Assembly (NCBI RefSeq): GCF_051860505.1
Contig: NZ_JBHYDX010000020.1
Coordinates: forward strand, 9,057-73,056
DNA length: 64,000 nt
Reading direction: 5' to 3'
Origin: Pannonibacter sp.
GTDB lineage: Bacteria > Pseudomonadota > Alphaproteobacteria > Rhizobiales > Stappiaceae
Shown: piece after piece, positions 41,183 to 50,909 of the stretch
Numbering within the stretch: the stretch's first letter is position 1
Layout of the letters: each line of letters opens with the position of its first letter
Translations under genes and position numbers: made by a program
Notes under the pieces: generated by a model
What the model saw: only the letters and a program-made list of their open reading frames with translations
Databases searched by the model: none
What the model was told of the DNA's origin: nothing

Positions 41183-43018
41183 TTACTCCGGCAGCACGCG
41201 GACCGCGCCCTTGTCGGCCGACGAGGCGAAGGCCGCATAGGCCTTCAGCGCCGTGGTCACGTTGCGCTTGCGGAACTCGGCCGGCTTCCAGCCCAGCTTG
41301 TCCTGCTCGGCGCGGCGTGTGGCGAGTTCAGCTTCCGGGACCAGCAGGTTGATGGTGCGGTTCGGAATGTCGATCTCGATGGTGTCGCCCTGACGGACCA
41401 GACCAATGGCACCGCCCTGAGCGGCCTCCGGTGATGCGTGGCCGATCGAGAGGCCCGAGGTGCCACCCGAGAAGCGGCCGTCGGTGATGAGCGCACAGGC
41501 CTTGCCGAGGCCCTTCGACTTCAGGTAGCTGGTCGGATACAGCATTTCCTGCATGCCGGGGCCGCCCTTCGGGCCTTCGTAGCGGATCACCACCACGTCA
41601 CCTGCCTTGACCTCATTGCCAAGGATGCCCTTGACGGCAGCGTCCTGGCTTTCGAACACCACGGCCGGACCGGTGAACTTGAGAATTGATTCATCGACGC
41701 CCGCCGTCTTCACGATGCAGCCATCCAGCGCGATGTTGCCATAGAGCACGGCAAGACCACCATCCTTGGAGAACGGGTGTTCGACCGAGCGGATGACGCC
41801 GCCTTCGCGGTCGGTGTCCAGCTCGTCCCAGCGCGAGGACTGGCTGAAGGCAACCTGGGTCGGCACGCCGCCCGGCGCTGCCCTGAAGAACTCGCGCACG
41901 CTCTCCGAGTTGGTCCGGGTGATGTCCCAGCGGTCGATGGCGTGTCCCAGCGTCTCGGCATGAACCGTCGGGCAGTCCCGGTTGATCAGGCCGCCGCGGT
42001 CCAGCTCACCCAGGATGCGCATGATGCCGCCGGCGCGGTGGACGTCTTCCATGTGCACGTCCTGCTTGGCCGGCGCGACCTTCGACAGGCACGGCACCTT
42101 GCGCGACAGACGGTCGATATCGTCCATGGTGAAGTCGACACCGCCCTCATGTGCGGCTGCCAGGATGTGCAGCACCGTGTTGGTGGAGCCACCCATGGCA
42201 ATGTCGAGCGCCATGGCATTCTCGAACGCAGCCTTCGAGGCAATCGTGCGCGGCAGGACGTTTGCGTCATCCTGCTCGTAGTAGCGGCGCGCCAGATCCA
42301 CGATCAGATGGCCGGCCTCGATGAACAGGCGCTTGCGGTCGGCGTGGGTTGCCAGCGTCGAGCCATTGCCCGGCAGGGACAGGCCCAGCGCCTCGGTGAG
42401 GCAGTTCATCGAGTTGGCCGTGAACATGCCCGAGCAGGAGCCACAGGTCGGGCAGGCCGAGCGCTCGATGACCTTGACGTCCTCGTCGGAAATCTTGTCG
42501 TCTGCGGCAGCGACCATGGCATCGACCAGATCCAGCGCGACAGTCTTGCCGTGCAGGACCACTTTGCCTGCTTCCATCGGGCCACCGGAGACGAAGACCG
42601 CCGGGATGTTGAGCCGCATGGCGGCCGAGAGCATGCCCGGGGTGATCTTGTCGCAGTTGGAAATGCAGACCATGGCGTCGGCGCAATGGGCGTTGACCAT
42701 ATACTCGACGCTGTCGGAGATGATCTCGCGCGACGGCAGCGAGTAGAGCATGCCGTCGTGGCCCATGGCGATGCCGTCATCGACCGCGATGGTGTTGAAC
42801 TCCTTGGCAACGCCGCCCGCCTTTTCGATCTCGCGCGCGACGAGCTGGCCGAGATCCTTCAGGTGCACATGCCCGGGGACGAACTGGGTGAAGGAGTTGA
42901 CCACGGCAATGATCGGCTTGCCGAAATCCTCGTCCTTCATGCCGGTGGCGCGCCAAAGGCCGCGCGCACCCGCCATGTTGCGGCCGTGGGTGGTGGTTCT
43001 GGAACGATAGGGGGGCAT
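41183..43018 (-). CDS. ilvD: dihydroxy-acid dehydratase
   Basis: 611 aa from the internal ATG ([53 protein letters not shown], a canonical IlvD N-terminus). Fe-S ligand context CDKITPGM. The track ORF extends to 43177. Confidence 0.95.
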   Translation of the reverse strand: MPPYRSRTTTHGRNMAGARGLWRATGMKDEDFGKPIIAVVNSFTQFVPGHVHLKDLGQLVAREIEKAGGVAKEFNTIAVDDGIAMGHDGMLYSLPSREIISDSVEYMVNAHCADAMVCISNCDKITPGMLSAAMRLNIPAVFVSGGPMEAGKVVLHGKTVALDLVDAMVAAADDKISDEDVKVIERSACPTCGSCSGMFTANSMNCLTEALGLSLPGNGSTLATHADRKRLFIEAGHLIVDLARRYYEQDDANVLPRTIASKAAFENAMALDIAMGGSTNTVLHILAAAHEGGVDFTMDDIDRLSRKVPCLSKVAPAKQDVHMEDVHRAGGIMRILGELDRGGLINRDCPTVHAETLGHAIDRWDITRTNSESVREFFRAAPGGVPTQVAFSQSSRWDELDTDREGGVIRSVEHPFSKDGGLAVLYGNIALDGCIVKTAGVDESILKFTGPAVVFESQDAAVKGILGNEVKAGDVVVIRYEGPKGGPGMQEMLYPTSYLKSKGLGKACALITDGRFSGGTSGLSIGHASPEAAQGGAIGLVRQGDTIEIDIPNRTINLLVPEAELATRRAEQDKLGWKPAEFRKRNVTTALKAYAAFASSADKGAVRVLPE

Positions 43019-43270
43019 CTGGAACTCCCTCGAATTTTGTTGTTGCGGGAGCGTCTTCCCGCAGCCGGCGTTGCAGCACGGCTTGATAATTAGGGTGTGC
43101 CAGCTTTTGCCAAAGTGGGAAAGGGCAGAAAGGCGGAAAAGAGTACGCTGCGGTACGGTTTTGCGGCCTTCCGCCATGAACGACGCAAAGGCCCCGCAGC
43201 CTGGGGCAGCTGCGGGGCCGGTCTGCCTGCCCGCAGAGAGGACCGGGCAGGCGGAAACTGCGATGAAAGG

Positions 43271-44377
43271 TCAGGCCGCCTTTTCGGCACCCAGTACCGG
43301 GTAGTCCGTGTAGCCCTCAGCGCCGCCACCATAGAAGGTGGTGCGGTCCGGCTCATTGAGCGGGGCGTTCTGCTTCAGACGTTCGACCAGATCCGGATTG
43401 GAAATGAACGGACGGCCGAACGCGATCATGTCGGCGCGGCCACTCTCGACCGCGGCAATGGCGCTGTCGCGGTCGTAGCCATTGTTGGCGATATAGACAC
43501 CGCTGAAGCGCGCGCGCAGGGCGTTGATGTCATGGCCCGGTGCCAGCTCGCGCGGCCCACCGGTCTGGCCCTCGACCATGTGCAGATAGGCAAGGCCGTA
43601 GCCGTTGAGAATGTCGATGGCGGCACCAAAGGTCTCCATCGGATTCGCGTCGGAAATGTCGTTGGCGTTGGAGAACGGGCTGAGGCGGATGCCGACCCGG
43701 TCCGCGCCGATGGCACCGACGACCGCGTCCATCACTTCGCGCAGGAAGCGGGTGCGGTTTTCCAGGCTGCCGCCGTAAGCATCCGTGCGGGTGTTGGAAC
43801 CGGTGCGCAGGAACTGGTCGACGAGATAGCCATTGGCCGCGTGCACCTCGACACCGTCAAAGCCGGCGGCAATGGCGTTCTTCGCGGCCTTTGCGTAGTC
43901 CGCGACAATGCCGGCGATTTCCGAGGTCTCCAGCGCACGTGGCATCGGGGTGTCGACAAAGGCGGTGCCGTCAAAGGTCTTGGACTTGGCGGCAATGGCA
44001 GAGGGGGCGACAGGGGCGACGCCGCCCGGCTGCAGCACGTTGTGCGAGATGCGGCCCACATGCCAGAGCTGGATCACGATCTTGCCGCCCTTGGCGTGAA
44101 CCGCTTCGGTCACCTTCTTCCAGCCTTCGACCTGCGCATCGGAATAGATGCCGGGCGTCCAGGCATAGCCCTTGCCCTGCGGCGAAATCTGCGAAGCTTC
44201 GGTGATGAGCAGGCCGGCGCTGGCGCGCTGCGCGTAATATTCAACATTGAGCGCATGCGGGATATCGCCATCCGGCAGGGCCCGGTTGCGGGTCAGCGGC
44301 GCCATGGCGATGCGGTTCGCCATATCGATGGCACCGGCCTTGAGCGGGGAATACAGCTTGCTGTCAGACATCGGCAC
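43271..44377 (-). CDS. NADH:flavin oxidoreductase, Old Yellow Enzyme family (NemA-like)
   Basis: 368 aa. MAPLTRNR, QLWHVGR and HAANGYLVDQFL motifs. Confidence 0.85.
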   Translation of the reverse strand: MPMSDSKLYSPLKAGAIDMANRIAMAPLTRNRALPDGDIPHALNVEYYAQRASAGLLITEASQISPQGKGYAWTPGIYSDAQVEGWKKVTEAVHAKGGKIVIQLWHVGRISHNVLQPGGVAPVAPSAIAAKSKTFDGTAFVDTPMPRALETSEIAGIVADYAKAAKNAIAAGFDGVEVHAANGYLVDQFLRTGSNTRTDAYGGSLENRTRFLREVMDAVVGAIGADRVGIRLSPFSNANDISDANPMETFGAAIDILNGYGLAYLHMVEGQTGGPRELAPGHDINALRARFSGVYIANNGYDRDSAIAAVESGRADMIAFGRPFISNPDLVERLKQNAPLNEPDRTTFYGGGAEGYTDYPVLGAEKAA

Positions 44378-44410
44378 TTCCTTCTTGCGTGTTCGATTTC
44401 GTTACTGTTC

Positions 44411-44426
44411 TGGACTGTTCAGTCCA
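44411..44426. promoter_or_regulatory. palindromic operator TGGACTGTTCAGTCCA upstream of the OYE gene
   Basis: Perfect 7-2-7 palindrome about 35 nt upstream of the OYE start. The same core recurs at 45149. Confidence 0.55.
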
Positions 44427-44479
44427 ATATTATCCACACGCCTGCCCGACTTAAGGGGCTTGCAGGGCGTTGGAACGGG

Positions 44480-45112
44480 TCAGCCGGAGGGCGGGCGGGC
44501 AGCGGCGTCCAGCGGGCTCTGCAGCAGTGCGGCCAGTCCCTGGCCGAGCGCTGCGTCGATATGGTCGGCGGGCAGACCGGACTTGCGCAAGGTCAGCGTT
44601 CCGATGGCCAGCGCCGTCAGCGCCCGTGCCCTGTCGAGCGCCAATGCAGGTGCGTCGGGTGACAAGGTCTCGGCGATCAACTGCTCGATGGCTTCGAGGT
44701 GGCGGCGGCCAAGATCAGCGACATCTTCGTTCTGCGGTGCCAGTTCCGTGATGCAGTTGACGAGAAGACAGCCATGATTGCCGCTCACCGGGTTGGCCAG
44801 AGCCGCCAGCATGGCCGGCACGGCTTCTCCCCCCGGCGCTGCCGCAATGGCGCGCAGCGCCGTCAGCGCGCGGCCGGAGTAGGTTCTGAGGGCCGCCAGC
44901 AACACATCATGCTTGGAGCCAAAGGCGGCGTAGAGCGATGAGCGGCTGATGCCCATGGCCCCAGTGAGATCGTCAAGCGAGGTTGCTTCAAAGCCCTGAC
45001 GCCGAAACAGTTCGAGTGCCGCCATGAGCACCTGATCCTCGTCATAGGCGCGCGGGCGACCCGGCCCTGAATGGGCGGCGCTGGAGCGGGACTGATCGGC
45101 ACGTGGGGACAT
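44480..45112 (-). CDS. TetR/AcrR family transcriptional regulator
   Basis: Start at the ATG at 45112 (MSPRADQ...). HTH: LELFRRQGFEATSLDDLTGAMGISRSSLYAAFGSKHDVL. Confidence 0.8.
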   Translation of the reverse strand: MSPRADQSRSSAAHSGPGRPRAYDEDQVLMAALELFRRQGFEATSLDDLTGAMGISRSSLYAAFGSKHDVLLAALRTYSGRALTALRAIAAAPGGEAVPAMLAALANPVSGNHGCLLVNCITELAPQNEDVADLGRRHLEAIEQLIAETLSPDAPALALDRARALTALAIGTLTLRKSGLPADHIDAALGQGLAALLQSPLDAAARPPSG

Positions 45113-45148
45113 GGGGCCATCGGCTTGTTGTTCGTCTGCCCTTGAATA

Positions 45149-45163
45149 TGGACTGTTCAGTCC
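45149..45163. promoter_or_regulatory. second copy of the GGACTGTTCAGTCC operator, between tetR and the LLM gene
   Basis: TTGAATATGGACTGTTCAGTCCGTAATTCAA, an extended palindrome in the divergent promoter region. Confidence 0.55.
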
Positions 45164-45218
45164 GTAATTCAAGAGGGACGTTTCAACACTCTGCCACCCA
45201 CGCTTTCCAGGAGGCACC

Positions 45219-46247
45219 ATGCTGCCCTACAGCATTCTCGACCTTTCGCCGATCCCCGCCGGCGGCAGCGCTGCCGATGCCCTTGCCAACACGCTGGACC
45301 TTGCCCGGCACGCCGAGGCGCTCGGCTTTAACCGGTACTGGCTGGCCGAGCATCACAACATGCCCGGCATCGCCAGTGCGGCGACAGCCGTGGTGATCGG
45401 GCATGTCGCCGGCGGCACGCAGCGCATTCGGGTGGGGGCCGGCGGCATCATGCTGCCGAACCACGCCCCGCTCGTTATCGCGGAGCAATTCGGCACCCTC
45501 GCCACCCTCTATCCAGATCGCATTGACCTGGGTCTGGGCCGTGCGCCCGGGACCGACATGGTCACCGCCCGGGCGCTGCGCCGCAGCCTGGAGAGCAGCG
45601 ACGATTTTCCGGCCGATGTGGTTGAACTGATGGGCTACCTCGGCAAGCCGCAACCCGATCAACGGGTCAGCGCCGTGCCGGGGCAGAACACGCATGTGCC
45701 GGTGTGGATCCTGGGCTCCAGCCTTTACGGCGCACAGCTTGCAGCCCACCTTGGCCTGCCCTACGCCTTTGCCTCGCATTTCGCCCCGCAGGCGCTCGGT
45801 GAAGCGGTCGCGATCTATCGCTCCCGGTTCCAGCCCTCCGTCTATCTGGACAAGCCCTGGTTCATGATGGCCATCAACGTGCAGGCGGGTGCAGATGACG
45901 CAGAAGGCGCCTACCTGCGCTCGTCCCAGCAGCAAGCCTTCGCCAACCTCAGAACCGGGCGCCCTGGCCCCCTGCCCGCTCCCGTGGAGGACATCACCTC
46001 CATTATCGAACCGCCGGTTCTGGCCATGGTCGACATGGCCCTGTCCGTCTCGGCGGTCGGGGGACCTGATCGGGTGCAGCGCCAGCTCGGCGAGCTGATC
46101 GCGCGCTACCGGCCGGATGAGGTGATGCTGACGGGCATGATCCACGACCATACGGCGCGCAAGGCCTCGTTCACCCGGGCAGTCGAGGCGCTGCAGGCGT
46201 TGCAGCCGGGGAAGACGAGAACAGCTGCCCTTGCCCGCGGCCATTAA
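45219..46247 (+). CDS. LLM-class (luciferase-like) flavin-dependent oxidoreductase
   Basis: 342 aa. [12 protein letters not shown]...[19 protein letters not shown]...[13 protein letters not shown] is typical of the YhbW-like LLM group. Confidence 0.85.
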   Translation: MLPYSILDLSPIPAGGSAADALANTLDLARHAEALGFNRYWLAEHHNMPGIASAATAVVIGHVAGGTQRIRVGAGGIMLPNHAPLVIAEQFGTLATLYPDRIDLGLGRAPGTDMVTARALRRSLESSDDFPADVVELMGYLGKPQPDQRVSAVPGQNTHVPVWILGSSLYGAQLAAHLGLPYAFASHFAPQALGEAVAIYRSRFQPSVYLDKPWFMMAINVQAGADDAEGAYLRSSQQQAFANLRTGRPGPLPAPVEDITSIIEPPVLAMVDMALSVSAVGGPDRVQRQLGELIARYRPDEVMLTGMIHDHTARKASFTRAVEALQALQPGKTRTAALARGH

Positions 46248-46303
46248 CCCGTCGGGCACCGGGCAGCGATAGAGTGCAACCGGACCCTGTCAGGAGACCC
46301 CGC

Positions 46304-46813
46304 ATGCGCATGTCCGCTGCCGTCCTCACCCTCTTGCTTGCCACCGGAACGGGACTTCTGGTTTGCGAGACTGGCCTGTCCAGCGCCGCAGCAGGCTCGG
46401 CTTCCGGCCCGAAGGACTGCGCCGCAGAGGCAAAGGCTTTCGCTGATCGCTTTGTTGGCGACAAGGACGCAATGACCAAGCTTGTCGAGGGCGGCATCAT
46501 AGGTGCGGTTTCCGGTGGCGCGTGGCTTGGTTCGGAAAATGGTGCCGACAGGGGCGCAAGAACGGGCGCGGCCAAGGCCTATGCCGGCAGCATGGCACAG
46601 GATCCGCGCGTCTGGCAGGGGCTCTATGACACTGCCTACCAGACCTGTACTGCGGGCAAGGCAGCTTCCGGTGCAGGCTCATCGGTCACGACCAACGGAT
46701 CCCAGATCGGAACCGGGGCTGCCTCGCAGGGCTGCCGGTCGCGCGCGGGTGTTGTGGGTTCATCTGGTGGCGGCACGCTCTCCGCCGGGTCCGGGGCAAC
46801 CGGTTGCCGCTGA
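46304..46813 (+). CDS. hypothetical secreted Gly/Ala/Ser-rich protein with glycine-zipper segment
   Basis: Start at MRMSAAVLTLLLATGTGLLV (hydrophobic signal-like segment). GGIIGAVSGGAWLG glycine zipper. Four Cys. I recognise no family. Confidence 0.45.
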   Translation: MRMSAAVLTLLLATGTGLLVCETGLSSAAAGSASGPKDCAAEAKAFADRFVGDKDAMTKLVEGGIIGAVSGGAWLGSENGADRGARTGAAKAYAGSMAQDPRVWQGLYDTAYQTCTAGKAASGAGSSVTTNGSQIGTGAASQGCRSRAGVVGSSGGGTLSAGSGATGCR

Positions 46814-46846
46814 CCTGTCGGGACCATCAATAAGTCCGGGTTCCCC

Positions 46847-47383
46847 TCACCCCTTGGCGCGGGTTGCCTCGAAAACCTCAGAGAGGCGCGGCGCGGCGGT
46901 TTCCAGCGCCTCGCGCAGGCGGTCGAGATCGGCCTGCATCCTGCGAGCGTCCTCGTGGGTCAAACCGGTCGCCGCACCGAGGCAGAGCGGGATGCCTGCC
47001 GCCATCGCCTTCAGTCCGCTTCCCTTGTCGCTGAGACGCACCCGCACCTGACGCTCGTCCTCGGTGCAGCGATGACGGCTGACCAGTTCCATCGCTTCGA
47101 GCCGCTTGACCAGTGGCGTCAGCGTGTTGGACTCCAGCCCGAGCCGGCTGCCCAGTCCGCCGATGGTCTGGCCGTCATGTTCCCAAAGCGCGACCATGAC
47201 AAGATACTGCGGATAGGTCAGGCCGAGCTTGTCGAGTATGGGCTTGTAGGCCCGCGTGAAGGCATGGCCAGTCGAATAGACCGAGAAGCACAGGAAGTTT
47301 CCAAGCTTCAAGAGGTCCTCGCACGTGGCCTCGGCGGCAGGCGTCGCTGCAGACGTCTCGCGGGAACCCTTTGTGTCGCTCAT
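46847..47383 (-). CDS. ohrR: MarR family regulator, OhrR type
   Basis: Start at the ATG at 47383 (MSDTKGS). Sensing Cys context LKLGNFLCFSVYS and the wHTH LTYPQYLVMVALWE. Divergent from ohr. Confidence 0.8.
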   Translation of the reverse strand: MSDTKGSRETSAATPAAEATCEDLLKLGNFLCFSVYSTGHAFTRAYKPILDKLGLTYPQYLVMVALWEHDGQTIGGLGSRLGLESNTLTPLVKRLEAMELVSRHRCTEDERQVRVRLSDKGSGLKAMAAGIPLCLGAATGLTHEDARRMQADLDRLREALETAAPRLSEVFEATRAKG

Positions 47384-47463
47384 GCGTTGCTCCTTTGCAC
47401 CAGAGATAGATCGCACGCGAGCCATTGACAATGGATTGACAACAAGCGCCCGATCAGCAATAT

Positions 47464-47490
47464 ATCGCTTGCGATTAAATCGTACACGAT
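47464..47490. promoter_or_regulatory. tandem palindromes ATCGCTTGCGAT and ATCGTACACGAT (candidate OhrR operator)
   Basis: Two related 12-bp palindromes 3 bp apart, in the AT-rich ohrR-ohr intergenic region. Confidence 0.5.
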
Positions 47491-47529
47491 AAATTTTCTT
47501 CAGATCACGTCCCGTCAGAGGAGCGTCTC

Positions 47530-47955
47530 ATGCCCGTGAATGTTCTCTACACCACCTCCGCCCGCGCAACCGGTGGCCGCGACGGCGCAGCCGAAACGCT
47601 GGACGGCACGTTCAAGGTGAAGCTGGCCACACCGAAGGAGCTTGGCGGCGCCGGTGGCGAAGGCGCCAACCCGGAGCAGCTGTTCGCCTCCGGCTATTCG
47701 GCCTGTTTCCTTGGCGCCATGAAGTTCGTCGCCGGTCAGTCGGGCGTGAAGATGCCGGCCGACACCTCGGTTCAGGCCACCGTCGGCATCGGCCCGCGCT
47801 CGGAAGGCGGCTTTGGCCTGGAAGTGGCGCTGCAGGTCAGCCTGCCGGGCATGGACAGCGCGGCTGCCAATGATCTGGTCGCCAAGGCGCATCAGGTCTG
47901 CCCCTACTCCAACGCCACCCGCAACAACATCGACGTCAAGCTGACTGTGGCTTGA
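47530..47955 (+). CDS. ohr: organic hydroperoxide resistance protein
   Basis: 141 aa. Ohr/OsmC fold with both catalytic Cys contexts ([10 protein letters not shown] and [11 protein letters not shown]). Confidence 0.9.
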   Translation: MPVNVLYTTSARATGGRDGAAETLDGTFKVKLATPKELGGAGGEGANPEQLFASGYSACFLGAMKFVAGQSGVKMPADTSVQATVGIGPRSEGGFGLEVALQVSLPGMDSAAANDLVAKAHQVCPYSNATRNNIDVKLTVA

Positions 47956-48023
47956 GGCCGGACCAAGCAGCCATCCCCGCTGGCTGCGGTTGACAGGGTG
48001 TGGCCGGGTGCCGTCAACTGCGC

Positions 48024-49310
48024 ATGACTTTCGCGCGATTGACGGTGCCCGCCATGCCTTTTTCACATCGCCCAGCTTTTCAGTGCCCTTTGCCCCTCCA
48101 ACCGGATGCCAGGCGCCGTGCTGGACGCAACACCGGCCTGCTGGTTGCCGGCCTGTCGGCCCTGCTCCTGTCCGCCGCCACGGCCGAGGCCGATACCCCG
48201 TGCGGCGGTGACTTCAAGGCGTTCCTCGCCGGCGTGAAGGCCGAGGCCGTGGCCGACGGCGTTCCGGCAACTGTCGCAGAACGGGCCCTGGCACAGGCAC
48301 GTCTCGACAAGCAGGTCATTTCCCGCGATCGCGGCCAGGGCGTCTTTCGCCAGACCTTCCTCGAATTCTCGGCCCGCTCCGTCTCCTCGGCAAGGCTGAA
48401 ACACGGGGCCAACAACATGGCCAAATACGCCAAGGTGTTCGAGCGGGCGGACAAGGAGTTTGGCGTACCGGCTGCGGTCATCACCGCCTTCTGGGGCCTG
48501 GAGACCGACTTTGGCGCGGTGCAGGGCGACTTCAACACCTTCAACGCCCTGGCAACGCTGGCGCATGACTGCCGCCGGCCGCATCTGTTCAGGCCGCAGC
48601 TCATTGCAGCCCTGCACATGATCGCCCATGGCGATCTGGATCCGGCCACGACGACCGGGGCCTGGGCCGGTGAAATCGGTCAGGTGCAGATGCTGCCCGA
48701 CGACATCATCCGCCACGGCGTCGATGGCGACGGTGATGGCCATGTCAACCTCAAGACATCCTCACCGGATGCGATCCTGACCGCCGCAAAATTCATCGCC
48801 TCGCTCGGCTGGCGCAAGGGCGAGCCCTGGCTGATCGAGGTTGCCGTTCCTGCCGACCTTCCCTGGGCCGAGACCGGCCTTGGCCGGGAAAAGACGCTCG
48901 CCGACTGGTCCAGGCTCGGGGTTTCGTCGCGCGGGGCGAAGCTGCCCTCCCCCTCGCTTCCGGCCAGCCTGATCCTGCCGCAGGGCCGCAAGGGGCCGGC
49001 CTTCCTCGTCTTCCCGAATTTCTCGATCTATCTGCGCTGGAACCAGTCCTTCGTCTACACGACCAGCGCCGCCTATTTCGCCACGCGCCTCGCCGGCGCC
49101 CCCAAGCTCACGCCGGGCTCACCGGAGACGGGTCTTTCCGTGGACGAAATGAAAGCGCTGCAGACGAAGCTCGCCGCCCGGGGCCACAACGTCGGCAAGG
49201 TCGACGGTATCCTGGGTTCGGGAACACGCGCGGCCGTACAAGCCGAACAATCCCGCCTCGGCCTGCCCGCCGACGGCTGGCCGACGGCGGCGCTGCTGGG
49301 GCGGCTGTGA
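48024..49310 (+). CDS. lytic murein transglycosylase (paralogue of 4256..5464) with C-terminal PG-binding domain
   Basis: FWGLETDFG, GQVQMLP, and C-terminal LQTKLAARGHNVGKVDGILGSGTRAAVQAEQ. The start is uncertain: ATG at 48024 or 48054, while the track start at 48000 is GTG. Signal-like segment LLVAGLSALLLSAATAEA. Confidence 0.8.
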   Translation: MTFARLTVPAMPFSHRPAFQCPLPLQPDARRRAGRNTGLLVAGLSALLLSAATAEADTPCGGDFKAFLAGVKAEAVADGVPATVAERALAQARLDKQVISRDRGQGVFRQTFLEFSARSVSSARLKHGANNMAKYAKVFERADKEFGVPAAVITAFWGLETDFGAVQGDFNTFNALATLAHDCRRPHLFRPQLIAALHMIAHGDLDPATTTGAWAGEIGQVQMLPDDIIRHGVDGDGDGHVNLKTSSPDAILTAAKFIASLGWRKGEPWLIEVAVPADLPWAETGLGREKTLADWSRLGVSSRGAKLPSPSLPASLILPQGRKGPAFLVFPNFSIYLRWNQSFVYTTSAAYFATRLAGAPKLTPGSPETGLSVDEMKALQTKLAARGHNVGKVDGILGSGTRAAVQAEQSRLGLPADGWPTAALLGRL

Positions 49311-49352
49311 TCTGGAAGGACCAGTTTGCGGATGCCCCTCCTCCGTCGTCAT

Positions 49353-49380
49353 CCCGGGCGCAGCGAAGCGGAGACCCGGG
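49353..49380. repeat. short palindromic intergenic repeat unit (REP-like)
   Basis: CCCGGGCGCAGCGAAGCGGAGACCCGGG hairpin. A related TCCGGAATGACG-containing unit lies near 49440..49480. This sequence type is common in rhizobial intergenic DNA. Confidence 0.45.
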
Positions 49381-49501
49381 ACCGGTGAGCCATGGCCTTT
49401 CCAACTTTGACAAATTGAAAAACCTAGACCTCGACTCTCCGGTCCCGGCTTGAGCTGGCGCTCGTCCGGAATGACGCCTGCTCGCCAAGCGGCTTTCGGC
49501 C

Positions 49502-49535
49502 CCATGAACGCACGCCTAGATGCGTGGGTTCATGG
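49502..49535. terminator. long palindrome between convergent genes
   Basis: CCATGAACGCACGC-CTAGAT-GCGTGGGTTCATGG. Lies 20 nt beyond the M16 peptidase stop. Confidence 0.5.
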
Positions 49536-49555
49536 GAGATTGTCACCGCTTTCGC

Positions 49556-50884
49556 TCAGCTGGCAGCCGGGCCGACGGTGACGACCAGAGGTGCCGCGTT
49601 TTCCAGCAGGCGCTTGGCGACGCGCTTGACGTCATCGAGGGTCACCGCCTCGATCTCGGCATTGCGCCGGTCGAAATAGTCGATGCCGAGCCCGGATGTC
49701 TTCAGGGCAACGAGTTGCCGGGCGATCTTGCTGGAGGTGTCGAAACGCAGGGCATAGGAGCCAGTGAGGAAGGCCTTGGCCTTGGCCAGTTCCTCTTCCG
49801 TCGGGCCTTCTTCTGCCATCCGGCGGAACTGCGCCAGGATGATGTCCAGCGTTTCGCCGGCCCGGTCCGCACGGGTCGCCGCCGAGGCGAACAGCAGCCC
49901 GGTGCGGGCATAGGGCACGAGAGAGGACCCCGCCCCATAGGAAAGGCCGCGTTTCTCGCGCACCTCTTCATAGAGCCACGAAGTGAAGCTGCCACCGCCC
50001 AGGATGTGATCCATGACAAAGGCCGCCTGGAAGTCCTTGTCGTCGCGTTTCAGGCCGGGCACACCGATGAGGATCGTGGTCTGCGGCACATCCATGGTCC
50101 GGGCAATGCGCTCACCGGTCTTCGCCGTCACGTCGGCCACCGGCGGCAGGCTGCCTTTCTCCGGCAGGGCGCCGAACACCGTGTCGAGCAACGGTGCCAG
50201 CGTCTTGGCGTCGATCGCCCCGACAACGCCGATCACCAGCCCTTCACGAACGAACAATTTCTCACGCTGCGCCTTCAGGTCCTCGGGCGTCAGCGCGGTC
50301 ATGCTTTCAAGGGTGCCATCGCCCGGACGGGCATAGGGATGGCCGGGGAAGGCCGCTTCCATGAAGCTGCGCGAGGCAACCGCATCCGGATCCTCCTCGG
50401 CCTGCTTCAGGCTGGCGAGGATCTGCGCCCGCATACGCTCGACTGCATCTGCATCAAAGCGCGGCGCGTTGACAGCAAGGCGCAGCATCTCGAAGGCCTC
50501 GTCGCGCGTGCCAGTCAGGGTGCGCAAGCTGCCATAGGTCTGGTCACTGCCGGCGTCAAAGCTGACGCTGATCGCCAGCTCTTCCATCCGCGCCTGGTAA
50601 GCAGCCGAATCGAGATCGCCCGCCCCTTCATTGAGCGAGGCAGCCATCAGCGAGGCGGCGCCCTCCTTGCCGGCAGGATCCTGCGCCGATCCGTTATTGA
50701 AAGCGAAGTTGACGGCGATGATCGGCAGGGTCTGGTCTTCCACCAGCCAGGCCTCGACGCCGCCGGGGCTGATAACGCGCTGGATTGTGGTGGCCAGTGC
50801 CGGCCAACCACCGGCGATCAGCAGCGCGGATCCGACAAAGGCGATGCGGGCCGGCCGCTTCAGAAAATCAAGGGAATGAAACAT
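49556..50884 (-). CDS. M16 family peptidase, non-catalytic (beta-like) subunit
   Basis: 442 aa. Signal-like N-terminus and pitrilysin fold similarity, but no HxxEH motif. Confidence 0.75.
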   Translation of the reverse strand: MFHSLDFLKRPARIAFVGSALLIAGGWPALATTIQRVISPGGVEAWLVEDQTLPIIAVNFAFNNGSAQDPAGKEGAASLMAASLNEGAGDLDSAAYQARMEELAISVSFDAGSDQTYGSLRTLTGTRDEAFEMLRLAVNAPRFDADAVERMRAQILASLKQAEEDPDAVASRSFMEAAFPGHPYARPGDGTLESMTALTPEDLKAQREKLFVREGLVIGVVGAIDAKTLAPLLDTVFGALPEKGSLPPVADVTAKTGERIARTMDVPQTTILIGVPGLKRDDKDFQAAFVMDHILGGGSFTSWLYEEVREKRGLSYGAGSSLVPYARTGLLFASAATRADRAGETLDIILAQFRRMAEEGPTEEELAKAKAFLTGSYALRFDTSSKIARQLVALKTSGLGIDYFDRRNAEIEAVTLDDVKRVAKRLLENAAPLVVTVGPAAS

Positions 50885-50909
50885 GGGGCGGTCCTTCTCG
50901 GGATCAGGG

